The notes below the pieces were generated by a model, which saw only the letters and a program-made list of their open reading frames with translations, was not told where the DNA came from and searched no databases. The position numbers and the translations under genes were made by a program. A stretch of 48,593 bases of DNA, the filler included, from Sphacelaria rigidula (Eukaryota): NCBI GenBank assembly GCA_964200075.2. It is 3 parts of 3 records of this genome, joined end to end, with 100 filler letters (N's around TTAATTAATTAA, not from the genome) between each part and the next. Parts side by side here need not be neighbours in the genome. Positions count along the whole stretch, not along the records: positions 1 to 16,131 come from CAXNAA020001471.1; positions 16,232 to 32,362 come from CAXNAA020001472.1; 1 more part is not named here. One strand, given 5' to 3'. How positions within the stretch are numbered: the first letter of the stretch is position 1; every line of letters starts with the position of its first letter. Shown one piece after another: positions 12,895 to 24,699 of the stretch.

Positions 12895-15043
12895 GTGATT
12901 GTCGGGAAATACGGAACGTGGCTCGTGTCGGCGGTTTGCACGGAAGGTAAAATGTTTCGAGGTTCTCTCGGAAGGTGTTATTCTGTCTCACGACCGTCAA
13001 ACTGGACTACCTAAAAGCTTTTTTGATTTTCTTCTTTTTGCCTTGTATTGTTGCGTTTCGCGGTCATGCTGTATAGCATCATGCTTTCAACGTCAGAGGT
13101 GAGGCACAATCTGCACGTTACTTGTACGCGAGGTGATCTAGACATCGTGCCGGGTATTCGGATCGACGTTGTCCGGACTGATCCTTTTGTCGCGGGGCTT
13201 GTATGACAAGCTTTGGTAGGCCAGGTTGTTACACAGTTGAGCTCCAAGTTGGTGCTTTATTATTTACACTTGGGATGAAGCGAAATCGAAGGAGGTTGGG
13301 CGTTGTCACCGTCGCTGGGCTTTGTCCCCAGCTAGGTGCTTGCTATCCGTCTTCTCACTGGTGGAGGTTGACTTCCTCGCATGTTCGCTCTACACGTGGT
13401 CAATATTGGCACACTAAATAGGTGGGTATTTCTTGTCGAGCTGCAGTTTGGGTCATTTTGTCTTTTTGTAGGCTCATCTTGCTGCACGGTTCTAAACGGT
13501 ACGGACCTTCCAGACATATCACTCCTGTGTTTTATCCCAATATACCCCGAAGTTTTGATATGTCGTGAAACGTTTGTTTGTGAAACTTTGTGCACGTCTG
13601 TTTTCACACCCTGGACAAGAGAATACACAGTCAAAAGTTGTACTGCGTACAGTATCGACTATTGTGCCTATTGCGATAGACAATAGATTCCATACTGTAC
13701 GCAGTACATTTTTTTTACAATAGAATCTATTGTTCAGGGTGTGCTGTTTCTCACTCGCGGTTTTTGAAGGGGCGAGAGAGGTGATTGATGTGTGTATGTC
13801 ATTGTGTATGTTCCTCAGTACTGTCTCGCAGGAAGACTCGCGTCGTTTTTGTGAGGCACCTACCGTTCTGTTTTTCTTGTTGTATAAAGTTTCTGATGTT
13901 CATCAGAGTGGTACAGTGGTCAATTGGCGGCCGACGTGCAGTGCACATTTCTGTCGGCATTGCTGGATCGACCCGGAGTTCATTTCATTTGCCTTGGTTG
14001 GATGCCTCTTCGCACTCCTTTTATGTCGCTACTTGAAGTGACGCTGTGATACCTGCGAGCTTGAAGTTCGCGTGTTCACGCAATTGAGCATTCGGTAGTT
14101 TGGACATTATTTTGCTCAACACTGGCTCCCAGTACGGCTTTGATCCCATTTGTTCTTACGCATGGTGTTTTTTTTACGAAGTACCCTTAACTTTGCAATT
14201 GTTGTTCCCACGCAAATGTATTTGTAGACCGGGGAGCAATCGAACTTCTCTGATAAAAGGATGGCGTGCACACGGGGTTCGTTTGTTGACCTCAGTTTGT
14301 AATGTGTTTGTTGGATACCCGAGAAACTCTGGCGCAGTATTCCAGTCCTGAGTAATATTCCGCATGTGTTTATGTATTTGTATTTTTGATTAATGAGGTG
14401 ACCCCCCCCCCCCCCTCCCCCAAGCATCGTGCTGACTAGAAGTTCACCACCCTTCAGTTGCAGCTTCCTGCTCTAAGGAAAGGTGTAACTACGTTGTTTG
14501 TATAGCACTAAAGCATTTCGTAGCGCAGGGGCGACATACAGAAGAGTCCCGAACCAAAAAGACGGTCGGCATCGGGCGTAAAACCTACCCGTGCTGGGTG
14601 ACTGCACAAAACACACGTGGTGAGGGTGTCTTCCATTTTTTAGCGTTCAGTGGTACGGTCGGTTGAAGTTTGTTCCATCCATTTCGTAAAAAGTATGACA
14701 AATCACGTAGTCTTTATCTTGTCCGGTTGAAAATGAGCTCTACAGCAAATTGCGGTACCTTGTAACGGTTCAACGAAATCTTCATTCGTGTAACCGTTCA
14801 GGAGATATTTTTTACTTTCCAGTAAACTAAGAAGATTCTATGTACATTGAGTGTGCAGGCACGGGTTGCAGTAGGATGTCGTAGCTTGGAAAGTTTAGGA
14901 TATGCAGCTTGCAGTAGATAAATTGTACAAGTTGACACGCCAAACACGTCAGTCATGGGTTGAATCAGACGATACAATCTGAGTTGACGTACGTCCAGTG
15001 ACGCAGAAATGATAGTGTGTTCACGAGAAGTGAAAGCCTGGGG

Positions 15044-15110
15044 CGTACTCATATGTTGCTTGCCTTAGTCGTGTGACCATTGATCACGCATGCCTTTCGA
15101 GACGGAGCAC
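15044..15110 (-). mobile_element. 67-bp structured mini-retroposon, full length
   Basis: Reverse complement of 24937-25003 with identical ends; ~15-bp TSD AGTGAAAGCCTGGGG / AGTGAAACCCTTGGGG. Confidence 0.85.
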
Positions 15111-16131
15111 AGTGAAACCCTTGGGGTGGCGGTCTTCACCCCCCCTTATCTCCTCACTCTCCAACAGTTCCCTGCTTTCAGAAGAGACCGTGTGTTTTAT
15201 TCTGTCTTGGCCAAATAAGCGCTCATAAAACACATTTTTTTACACCTTTCATTTACTGCAGCAACAACTGCGCCTCATGGCCACTGCGTCTTCTAACGCA
15301 TCCGTGTTGTTTCCTATCAAGTGCCGACCGCTGTCGAGCTTTCTTGTCTCTGCGCGTTTTGCCCCGACGCAACCGTAGCCCATACACACTGTGGTCATCA
15401 TGGTGCACGGTGAGAGTGCGTTGTACCGTACTTGCGGGAGAACCTGGCCTGGAGGTGCTGGTGGGCTTGCGTAGGCAATCATATTTTCCCTTAAAATTTG
15501 TTAACGCCATCAGTGCCTTTACTCTGAATTATTACGTGTTGACATCGGAAGACATCGCATATCCTCAACAGTAGATCCTGGAAAATGGGGTCCATCTCAA
15601 AAATGAGGTAAAAGTGGCACTTCTTTTTGCAGGGATGGCGCGAAACACCGACGACCGAGCGAAGCCATCTTCCCCCCAAATATCCGCAGCAGTTAAGCAG
15701 CTGTGGCTAGGTGAACCTAACGAATGCGGTGTACACGCGTGTCGATGACGATATCACCAGAGAGAGAAGCAACGACAGAGAGTAAGCTCCTCGCCCGTGT
15801 CATTTGTGTGTCCTCGCTCGGCGATTACCAAACTGTCGAGGGACTGGCATCATCGATGTTACCAGCATTTGCCCAATTTCCCATGTACCGAAACATCGAG
15901 CTGCGGAGAGATTTTCTCACGTCTTACAATTGCCTGTCGAGCTTACGAATGCGAAGATCGATTTCTCTCTGCCTCTCCTTTTGGACAGGACGCGCATCTG
16001 TGCGCTGAAAAACATGTTGAAAAACAGGGCAATGTACCCGTCATCGCTACTACTGTTCCATGTCACACACATGCCAGCAAGGGCGGTGGTGCGGCCATAA
16101 CAAATAGATTCAATTTGAACTTGGGGAGTGT

Positions 16132-16231
16132 NNNNNNNNNNNNNNNNNNNNNNNNNNNNNNNNNNNNNNNNNNNNTTAATTAATTAANNNNNNNNNNNNN
16201 NNNNNNNNNNNNNNNNNNNNNNNNNNNNNNN
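16132..16231. other. Artificial scaffold-joining spacer
   Basis: N44-TTAATTAATTAA-N44. Confidence 0.97.
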
Positions 16232-16308
16232 CGTGAAGCAGGGAGCGTGAGAGTGTCGGGAACGAGAAACCAACCGTCGGCATGAGGCGGGCGCATGGGA
16301 TGGAGCAG

Positions 16309-16873
16309 GTATACTCATGACCATGCATACCATAGTCATTAGACCATTGACCTCGCATCCCTACAAGCCGGGACGGAGCACGCCGGGTTCTCGCCGGACC
16401 AGGCTTGCACTCAATCACCAAGCGCGACGCACCGTGATGTGCTCGGGGAGTCGCATGAAGGGTGAGCTGCGTCCTGCTAAGATTTGTTCGGCCCGAAGCC
16501 TACGGATTATCTTGCATCTGGGTGACAGCCTTCAATGAGTTGCTTCATGATCTGGTATTGCCACTTCCTGAGACAGCCACGGCTTATACACTACCTCATG
16601 GGTGTCTCGCCATTTAGACACTACGTTGTACGATCATTCCCATTGTGTGGAGTTGAGGTTCTCTCACGCCGCACAACATGATCTAGCTCGACTACCATCA
16701 TGGTTACCGCAAAAAATAAACGCAAGCGCGCAAAACATACTGTAGCCTGATAGCTTAACTGACACAGTGAGGGGCGTGTTTTATAGCCTCATCGCCAACC
16801 GATGCCAACCCAATCGGGGGTTTGCCCCTACAGCCGGGACGGAGCACGCCGGGTTCTCGCCGGACCAGGCTAA
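16309..16873 (-). mobile_element. ~600-bp structured non-autonomous element, second copy
   Basis: Reverse-complement match to 7615-8260 over its length, including both direct repeats. Confidence 0.8.
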
Positions 16874-18070
16874 GTTGGATGGGGAGGGGAGGGTTGATCA
16901 CCAATGGAGCGACAAACTCCACCTTCCCTCGTCCCACGCCACCCCATTTTGGTCCAAAGTTTCGTTGTTGTCTTTTTGCGCTCACATGTGCAACACATTG
17001 CAGTCGTTCTCATAACTGGTTATCGTCCCTGTGTGCCCTAGTTGGCCGTGACGAAATGGGGGTCAAGAGTGCAGCGTATAGCCCGAACACCCGCGATATT
17101 CACCGTCCAAGAAAATAGAGAGGCGCCACGTCGGTAATTCAAAAGAAAATGAGTGGCCTCTGCAAAACGGTGAGAGTTCTTTCATCTGAGCACCCGAACA
17201 GGATATGCGATGCACAACCATGCATTTTGATTTTTCCAGGGACTTGTCATGGGGAAATGATGACGGGAATTGAATCCTGATGCGGTGGACAGATTGTCCC
17301 GTCTCATTACCACATATGACAAAAATTCCCGTCCCTCTTTTCTTCCTTGGGTGCAAGGGGATTCGATCTCGTGCTGCATTCGTTGATCTTGATATTACTT
17401 GCTTCTTGGGCTGCTCGGCGAGCCATAAAACCTTCGCGCCGTCCATGCTAATTGTTCGAATTTGTTATCCGGTGACAGCCGGCGAGGATTTGGAGGATGA
17501 CTCACATCGGCGAAGATGAGCACCAGGTGAACAGTTGTCAACCGTGAGCGTTCAGATGGTTTCTTTCACTGTCAGGACCTCTCGTCAGGCGCCAGATGAA
17601 CAGGGACCTTCTCAGGGTTCGGCAGACTTCGTTTCAATGGAAGCACAATCGCCCACGCCGTCAGGTCGCAAATACCGTGGGTAATAGGCACACTCAGTGT
17701 TCCTGGGCGCAGTGATTGCCGTCCCAGTACTGTACTACAACAGGGGCGGTGCACGCGCAAGCCATTGCATTTATACATCATGTAGCCATTCATGTACGCA
17801 CAATTCTGCACAGCAGACCGTTGCAACGAGGGGGGAAGCGCACCCTCATGTAGTCACCCTTGCCTTCGATCATTATTAATATAATATTTTGTGCAACTCG
17901 GGCTAGCCACCCATGTCCGATGTCATTATTCTAAGTTCGGGAAATGGTATACTGTAGGTCCACCAACCTACTCTACCCTGGGTCCTGGGTATTTCTGTAG
18001 ATGGTTGTTCCAGCGGTCGATCATCCTCCAGGTGCTCCGGAATGCTTCGCATGTTCGGAAGTTGATACTG

Positions 18071-18675
18071 TAGGGACTCTGAACTACTGAGTATGCCCTG
18101 GAGTTGGTACTCCGAGTACTGCGGGTGCTACTGAGTACTGGACTGAGTCCAGTACACCCGAGTACTAAATTAGGTAATTGGGATCGGTTCTCTCAGTATT
18201 GCTCTGGAGTACTGAAAGCGAGAAATACCCTGAAACGCACGAGTACAGGTACCCTGAGTGCGAGTTGTCTACACTGTACAGTACTCGTGTACACCACATG
18301 AACTCGGTGCCGAGCATGTGCCATCGATTTTTTCGGGTACCATACCCTGTAATTTACGATTATTCGGCAAGTTTTGGGTAAATTGGGCACCATATCAAAA
18401 TCTACCCATATATGTGGGCAATGTCATTACAGTTCTCGGGTATGGATTGTCACTCGGGTATGATCTCAACTCTCTACATCTTGTATTTGGTCGACTTGGG
18501 CACTACTGTATGCTTTCAATGCTTTACCCAAATATTGGGTGATTGAGTACAATCTCAATGCTCTACAGTACGAGTACTCCATTTTGTGCTCTAAACAGTT
18601 TAGACAACAGTATGACTGTTCAAAATACCCCGCCGCGCGTACGGGGTACATAAATACCCTACCCCCACGTACCCT
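18071..18675. repeat. Probable non-autonomous DNA transposon remnant rich in GAGTAC/GTACTC motifs
   Basis: Dense GAGTAC(T) and TACCC motifs; TAGGG...CCCT ends; no TSD seen. Confidence 0.35.
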
Positions 18676-19710
18676 TGAAATTCAGAAAATCCTCCAAGAA
18701 GTGGAAACCGTACGTCAATCCGAAAGGGTGCACGGTTAGGACAAATCATCACGACTAAGCGAGACTGTCATCGACACAACCCTCGGGACAACTGGCAATT
18801 GTGAACGAGGGGTAATTTCGTATAAAATCTTGCACCGCAGCAGTATATATATACGGAATTCTTGGATGCAATGCACTTCATACGTTACCCTTACAGCGGC
18901 AACAGCTGTATAGCCACCGCCGAAACATGTGATAGCCTTCCACGGTAGAGGCGTTGGGCTAGGTCATGACGTGCTGCTATATTTGGTGTGAATAGTTCGT
19001 AAAGCAACGTTATGAAAAGTGAAAAGGGGGGCTTCACGTGGGGCGCGGGCAAGAACTCCTGTACTTGTGCACCGTTGGCAAACGGTGTCTGGACAACGGT
19101 CAGTGAAGTGCACTATTATGCAGTATTCAAAGTCAGTACAATAGTAGGTGCAGAGGTCAACCGAATTGCCGTACAACATTTTCCTCAAATATGAACGAGC
19201 TCCTCGAGAATAAAAATGAAGGAATAAAGCACACCGTGCCCGATCGAACAGTACCAAGGTGCTGATCTGTCTTGACCGTGCTCGTTTTCTCTAAAGGCTG
19301 GTGATACGTACACTTTGTCCAGAATAGATGAAGCAAGGCAAAGCAAAAAAACACTGTACATGTTGAACCACAATGCTACCCCACAAACTACCACTGTTGT
19401 TGTTATACTGCCGTGATCTCGATGGGAGATGACGTGTTCTTGCGCCACGAAACTCAACGAAGGCAAACAACCAGCAGTGAAGATACTGAACTGCTCTGCA
19501 CATATGCGCATGATGGATCAACCAGTAGACCTCCTTACAGTAGACTGGGATGGCACTCCAACAAGGTACCGTACAGAGCACAGGCTAGTCACCCCCTTCG
19601 TCTGCAAAGGCTGGCGCACACTCGAGTTCGATGTTCTTGTCCAATGGCAACCTTGATACCTGCTCCCTTCGACATTTAGTATCAGCGTCCACCCAGTGCA
19701 GGTTCCCCAC

Positions 19711-19929
19711 TCAATGGCTCAGGATTTGCATACCTGAGCGTCGCATGAAGTACAGCGGTGTTGGAATGGTAAACCTCAAGTCCAGGCGGCTTGAGAGCAT
19801 ATTGTATTCCATGGCCTGGATCTTGCTTCCATGCTCCTTCTCCAAAGTCTCCATGACACCGCAGCAGCACCAAACGGACTTGCTAGAGCAATATCGGACG
19901 GCGCAGTGAGAGGTTGCTTGCTTGGCCAA
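19711..19929 (-). pseudogene. Possible degraded cyclin fragment
   Basis: KIQAMEYNMLSSRLDLRFTIPTPLYFMRR resembles the cyclin-box end motif I..ME..IL..L.F....PT...F.RR; flanks are broken. Confidence 0.35.
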
Positions 19930-22018
19930 CGCACGGAGCCGCGTCGAGATTTATCCGAAAATGTTGAATTTCAAGACGTTGGGGAGGATGGGCAGAGGGT
20001 CGGTGATTCAAAATATCGTTGTTGCGAACAGAGCAGTCAATACAGGGCAAACGATAATACAGGGTATCCATAGATACAGCAAACCCGACAAAGCGAACCG
20101 GAACAACATGGCACTAACAGGGAGTGGTTACCCGTTCGACCGCGAACCAGTCCATTCAACTCCCATGTAAACGCATGCACCACTCACTCGGCTTGCAATT
20201 ATTACACGAGGTAACCGTTCGAGCAAGATGAAGACCGAGATTCCAGACTCCTTGTGTGTCGTGGGTGGAGAAGCCAGTACATTACAGCCATGGTGGGCCT
20301 TTTATTGAACTGACATCATATATGTTCACCTTAAAAAAAAAGAGTTTCGGACGTATATGATGAGAGCAATTTCACAAGCAAGCAGTGAGTGACAGCATAT
20401 GTACCCCTGTACAAAGAATAAAACGGCAGAGATCCGCATTGGTTGGAGGGCAAGAGAAGAGTTCTTCCATTGCCACTGTCCCCTGCAAATACGTACGTGC
20501 GTTATTGTTGACGAAATATTATAGCTGTATTGACAGTCATAATCTGTTTCGGCCTATTTTGATAGGGTGTGTGAGAGACGACAGCAACAGCCTCTTCTGC
20601 ACAGGTGCATGTCATTTGTACCCACCTTATATAGGGATTTATCAGTAGAATTCTCTGAACTGCAGAACAGTTAGTGATTCCGATGAGGGGTGCTGACGCT
20701 CTCCAGGAGAAGGAGGCATCCTTACGGTCTGGCTGACAAAAGCATTCTCGGAAATTTATGATTATTAAGTAACGCAACCCTAACTCCAACCCTGAAACCT
20801 AAACCCTGATCCAGACTCAGGCATACGAGAAGCCTCGGGTAAGGAGGATGCAAAATTTGCTCTACGCAAAGTGTGGGTGGCCTGCGGCACCGATTTGGAC
20901 GAAAATACATCCTGCACGTAAGCTCGTAAGCTATACTCCGCGCGATCAAGGTATACGAGAACCCTGGGGTGATGGGGGTGCAAAGGTTGTTCCATGCAAA
21001 GTGTTGGCTACAGAAATAGAATCGGCGACGAGACACGTTCTGGGTAAGCAAGGAGCACTTCCGATTGTCAGCCCTTTAGAAGATCCGCATATCGGTCTTC
21101 AGGCTCAAATGTAGTACAGTACAACCGAAGGGTGTGACATACAGTCTGTATGCCACACCCTTTGAGTACAACAGTATCGTAATCAAAAACTCGTTTTCTC
21201 TCGACCAATGCCCGTAAGCTCGAGTAGACGTGTTGAGGTACATATTCCCATCCGAGCAGATCTGATGGACGCTGACTACCAGATCTTCATAACGTCTTCC
21301 ACCTGGTTTTCATGACACCCGTTGCATCACGCCGTACCGGAACACGTTCTTACTCAAATCTCGTGGACGCCATGGATTGGAGCTCAGGACACCGCCGACT
21401 TCGGAGCGTGGGTGCGGTGTACACTCTCGTTGCTCAACAGTCAAGGGTCAGCGTTAGGTTGTAACGCTCTTATGAAGAAGATCCGGATTTGTTTTCTACA
21501 CGTGGGTGAGTAGTTCATTGGCAGGTCAAGAACATCGCTCATTTGAGCTCTGACAATAGCCCATACTTTGCCGACATCATACACAGATACTACTTAGTAT
21601 GAGATTTGTTCATGTGCGAGTACCAGGGTAGTCCACAAGTCGTATCCACAACCGCGACGGGACCATATCTCCCTCGGCATACGAGTAGTTCCCGAGAATA
21701 TCTCATGGATCCCTCCGCTCCTTCCCATAAATGTTCTTATCTCCGGCATAGTTCCGGGAACGTTCTCTCTGGAGCACTAGAATATCCCTTCAGGTCATTG
21801 TCTATCCCGTCCCCAGAGTTCTAGTCATACTCCAACAATCGTCGTTACGACCCTAGAGCCTCTCTTCACACAAGAACGAACTGTCTAGGCACGTCCCACG
21901 GCCAAGTCCGTGGCTCCCTGAGACTACTTCTCCCACTCTTAGGGGTAGTAGCCCTAAAAGTAGGGTTGTGAACTGGTTTGGCTATCCAGTGAACTGTTTG
22001 CAAAAATTTCCAACCAGG

Positions 22019-22357
22019 GCAAATGAAAACTTCAGAAAACACTCGGGACGCACGAGCTACGGCAACAATTCGAGATGTTGTAACTCGCTGATAGTCGCGA
22101 CGCCCGTATCCCGTAATTCGCACACCTCGAGCTTACTCCACACCCCACCACTGTCTCTTAGTCGTGCTTGGACTTGCCCTTGTATCTCGGCTGCTTCCTA
22201 CACACTGAGGCTCTGAATTGACTCACACAATCGATCATATCACATCTGTTCTGAAACGACTTCAAGATACGTGAACCGCAATAGAGATATGAAAAATTCC
22301 TATCTGCTCCTGCTCAAAAGCTCGATTTTATTCAAACACAGAATCGAACATTTTTGC
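22019..22357 (-). repeat. 3' direct repeat (A2) of YR retrotransposon
   Basis: Direct repeat of 29035-29372; about 18 mismatches in the first ~255 bp by manual count, more diverged in the last ~80 bp. Confidence 0.9.
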
Positions 22358-23227
22358 AGTTGATTTCGAATTTTGTCAAATTATGCACTTCTGCCCTCCC
22401 CCCCCTGGAGTGGGGGGGGGGGGTATGGGGGTGTAGCGAAAATCTCATTAATCACCCATTCAAAAACAGGGTGACCTCACGTATCCGACGTTGGCTGCCA
22501 CCTGGAGATTGCACTGAGCACAATCGCCCCAGCCTCCACGCGAACCAAGCCGACGTGCGGATACCCCCCCCCCACCCCTACGTTTTCCAAGCGCCGCAAT
22601 GCAGTCCGCCCATAGGGTCATGTCCCTTCTGTGCATATATAATCAACTATTCCACCTCGGTTATCATCTCTTCCATCTAACATACTCAGATCACTCCTCC
22701 TTGATCCAGCGTGTCTACTCCCGTGTGTTAGTTTCACTATTCATCGCCACTTCTGACGACCCCATCCAAATCACCCCTCCATCTGCAAATACACCACGTG
22801 CGTCGGCGACATGAGTCGGCCTCCCCCGAGTGCGGTCACTACTCACCCCTCCACTCGGTGCCCTGCTCAGGCTGCCGATCCCCGCTTCTACGCTTGTCGG
22901 CAAGGGCTTCTGACATTAGGTCGCAACTGGCGTCGTTAGCCCGGACGTATGGCTTGTATGCGTCCGATTTCCATCTACCCTCTTTTTGCAACTCCTCTGG
23001 AGGCACTCCTGCTGCCGACAAGCGGGTGGCGCCGCCGCTCCGCAAAGAGTGCAATGTGAACTCTGCGGGCGGGAGCCCAGCCAACGCCACCACTTGCCGT
23101 AGCGCTGCCACAGCATCATATCGATTCCACACCACTAATTCCCCGAAGTCCCGCATGATACGTCATAGGCGGGGTCTCAGCGGGGAACGAATCCGAAAGA
23201 GGCATTAGTTCAGTTATTAGCGCGACT

Positions 23228-23734
23228 GGGTGATGCTACGGTAGGGGTGCACAAATATTCTCTGAGGTTTGAATTGTAAGGAGCCCGGTATCTCATCCAA
23301 AACACCACTTACGAAATATGAGTCATCCTACGATAGGGGGGGGGGGTATTTGGTCGCACGAAAAAACAGGCTAATAAGTGTGTCAGATGACCTACAACAG
23401 TCGCGATGCGCTTGTATTTGGTTCAAAACGGTGTCAGTCGGTATGAACGAGCGTTATATATCTAGAACAAGCTCGTTCGAGCAACCGTTGCTGATTTCAG
23501 CGGCGATTTGTCTTGGAATTTCGTGCAAGAAATGCCCCAAAATACCCCCCCCCCTATCGTAGGGTAACTCATACGTGAAAGTACGCCAGGACTACTATTT
23601 CAATGTGATTTCCCGAATGGATTTGCAAACGGGGATTCCCTGACCCATATTCTTGTGCAATCTTGGATTGTTAGGAGCCCCTGAACCAGACAAGATGTCG
23701 CACAAAAAGTGCACCCCTTACCGTAGTATTGCTC
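23228..23734. mobile_element. MITE family A copy (with nested family B MITE) in YR gene
   Basis: TIR GGGTGATGCTACGGTAGGGGTGCAC / GTGCACCCCTTACCGTAGTATTGCTC; perfect TSD GACT. Confidence 0.88.
23320..23570. mobile_element. MITE family B nested in family A
   Basis: TIR GAGTCATCCTACGATAGGGGG / CCCCCTATCGTAGGGTAACTC; flanks ATAT/ATAC; removal restores the family A sequence seen near 5440. Confidence 0.85.
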
Positions 23735-23858
23735 GACTGCTCCACCCCCTACTTGAAATGCCAAGGTAGGACCCGCGCAAACGCACGTTACTACCATTTT
23801 GACTCGTAACTGATCTCCTCTGGAAGCTCGGAATCGCACTTCCACCCGATCTGCTGTA

Positions 23859-24114
23859 GCGCAATGCTACGGTAGGTGTGCACTTTTTTCGCGAAAGTTC
23901 GTCTGGTTCAGGGGCTCCTAACGATTCTAGACGCACAAGAATATGGGTCAGAGCATTCCGTTTGCAGATATATTCGGGATACCCCCAGCACATTGGAATA
24001 GTAATCCTGGCGTACTCTCACACATAGTCATAAGTCGTGTTTTGGAGGAGATGAAGGGCTCCTAACCATCCTAACCTCAGAAAATATTCGTGTACCCCTA
24101 CCGTAGCATCACTC
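23859..24114. mobile_element. MITE family A copy (opposite orientation) in YR gene
   Basis: 256 bp, same TIRs, perfect TSD TGTA. Confidence 0.88.
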
Positions 24115-24699
24115 TGTACCCCGCTCAGGTCGACGCAATTGCGTCCGTCACTTAAAAAATGCTACATTCATTTTACGCAAACAATCAAGTGGGTGATAAG
24201 AACGAACAAAATCCGCAAAAAACTCGGAAGACCTCGTCAGAAAGAAAAATAGTGCACACAAGACCAGCCACAGCACGCGGCCACCTGGACCCCATCCAAG
24301 CGACAGATGTTCTCCGTCCAAAGCACTGACAACGACACCGAACGTCTTACCAGCTGCTGTGATCCTATCACAGCGTGACTACGCTCAATCCCATCAATGC
24401 ACTTTGAATTAACCTGTGCTGAATGTCCAAGTCGACATCCCTCTTCGTTTGATGGAAATATGCCACTGCAGCTAAATGACTTGCCACGGTGTTCGACCGT
24501 AACCCTTCCTTTGCACACGCATAACCTATGTACTCAATCAATGACCACACGTTATGTATCGCCTCATCGTGGCCACTCAAAAACACTACTTGATTCATCT
24601 CCCGCCGGAACTTAACCCCAGGACCCAAAATATCCTTCGTGAGTTCTCGCAGATGACGGCGCAATGGCATTTCGGACGAGCCCGCGGCCGAAAGGCATG

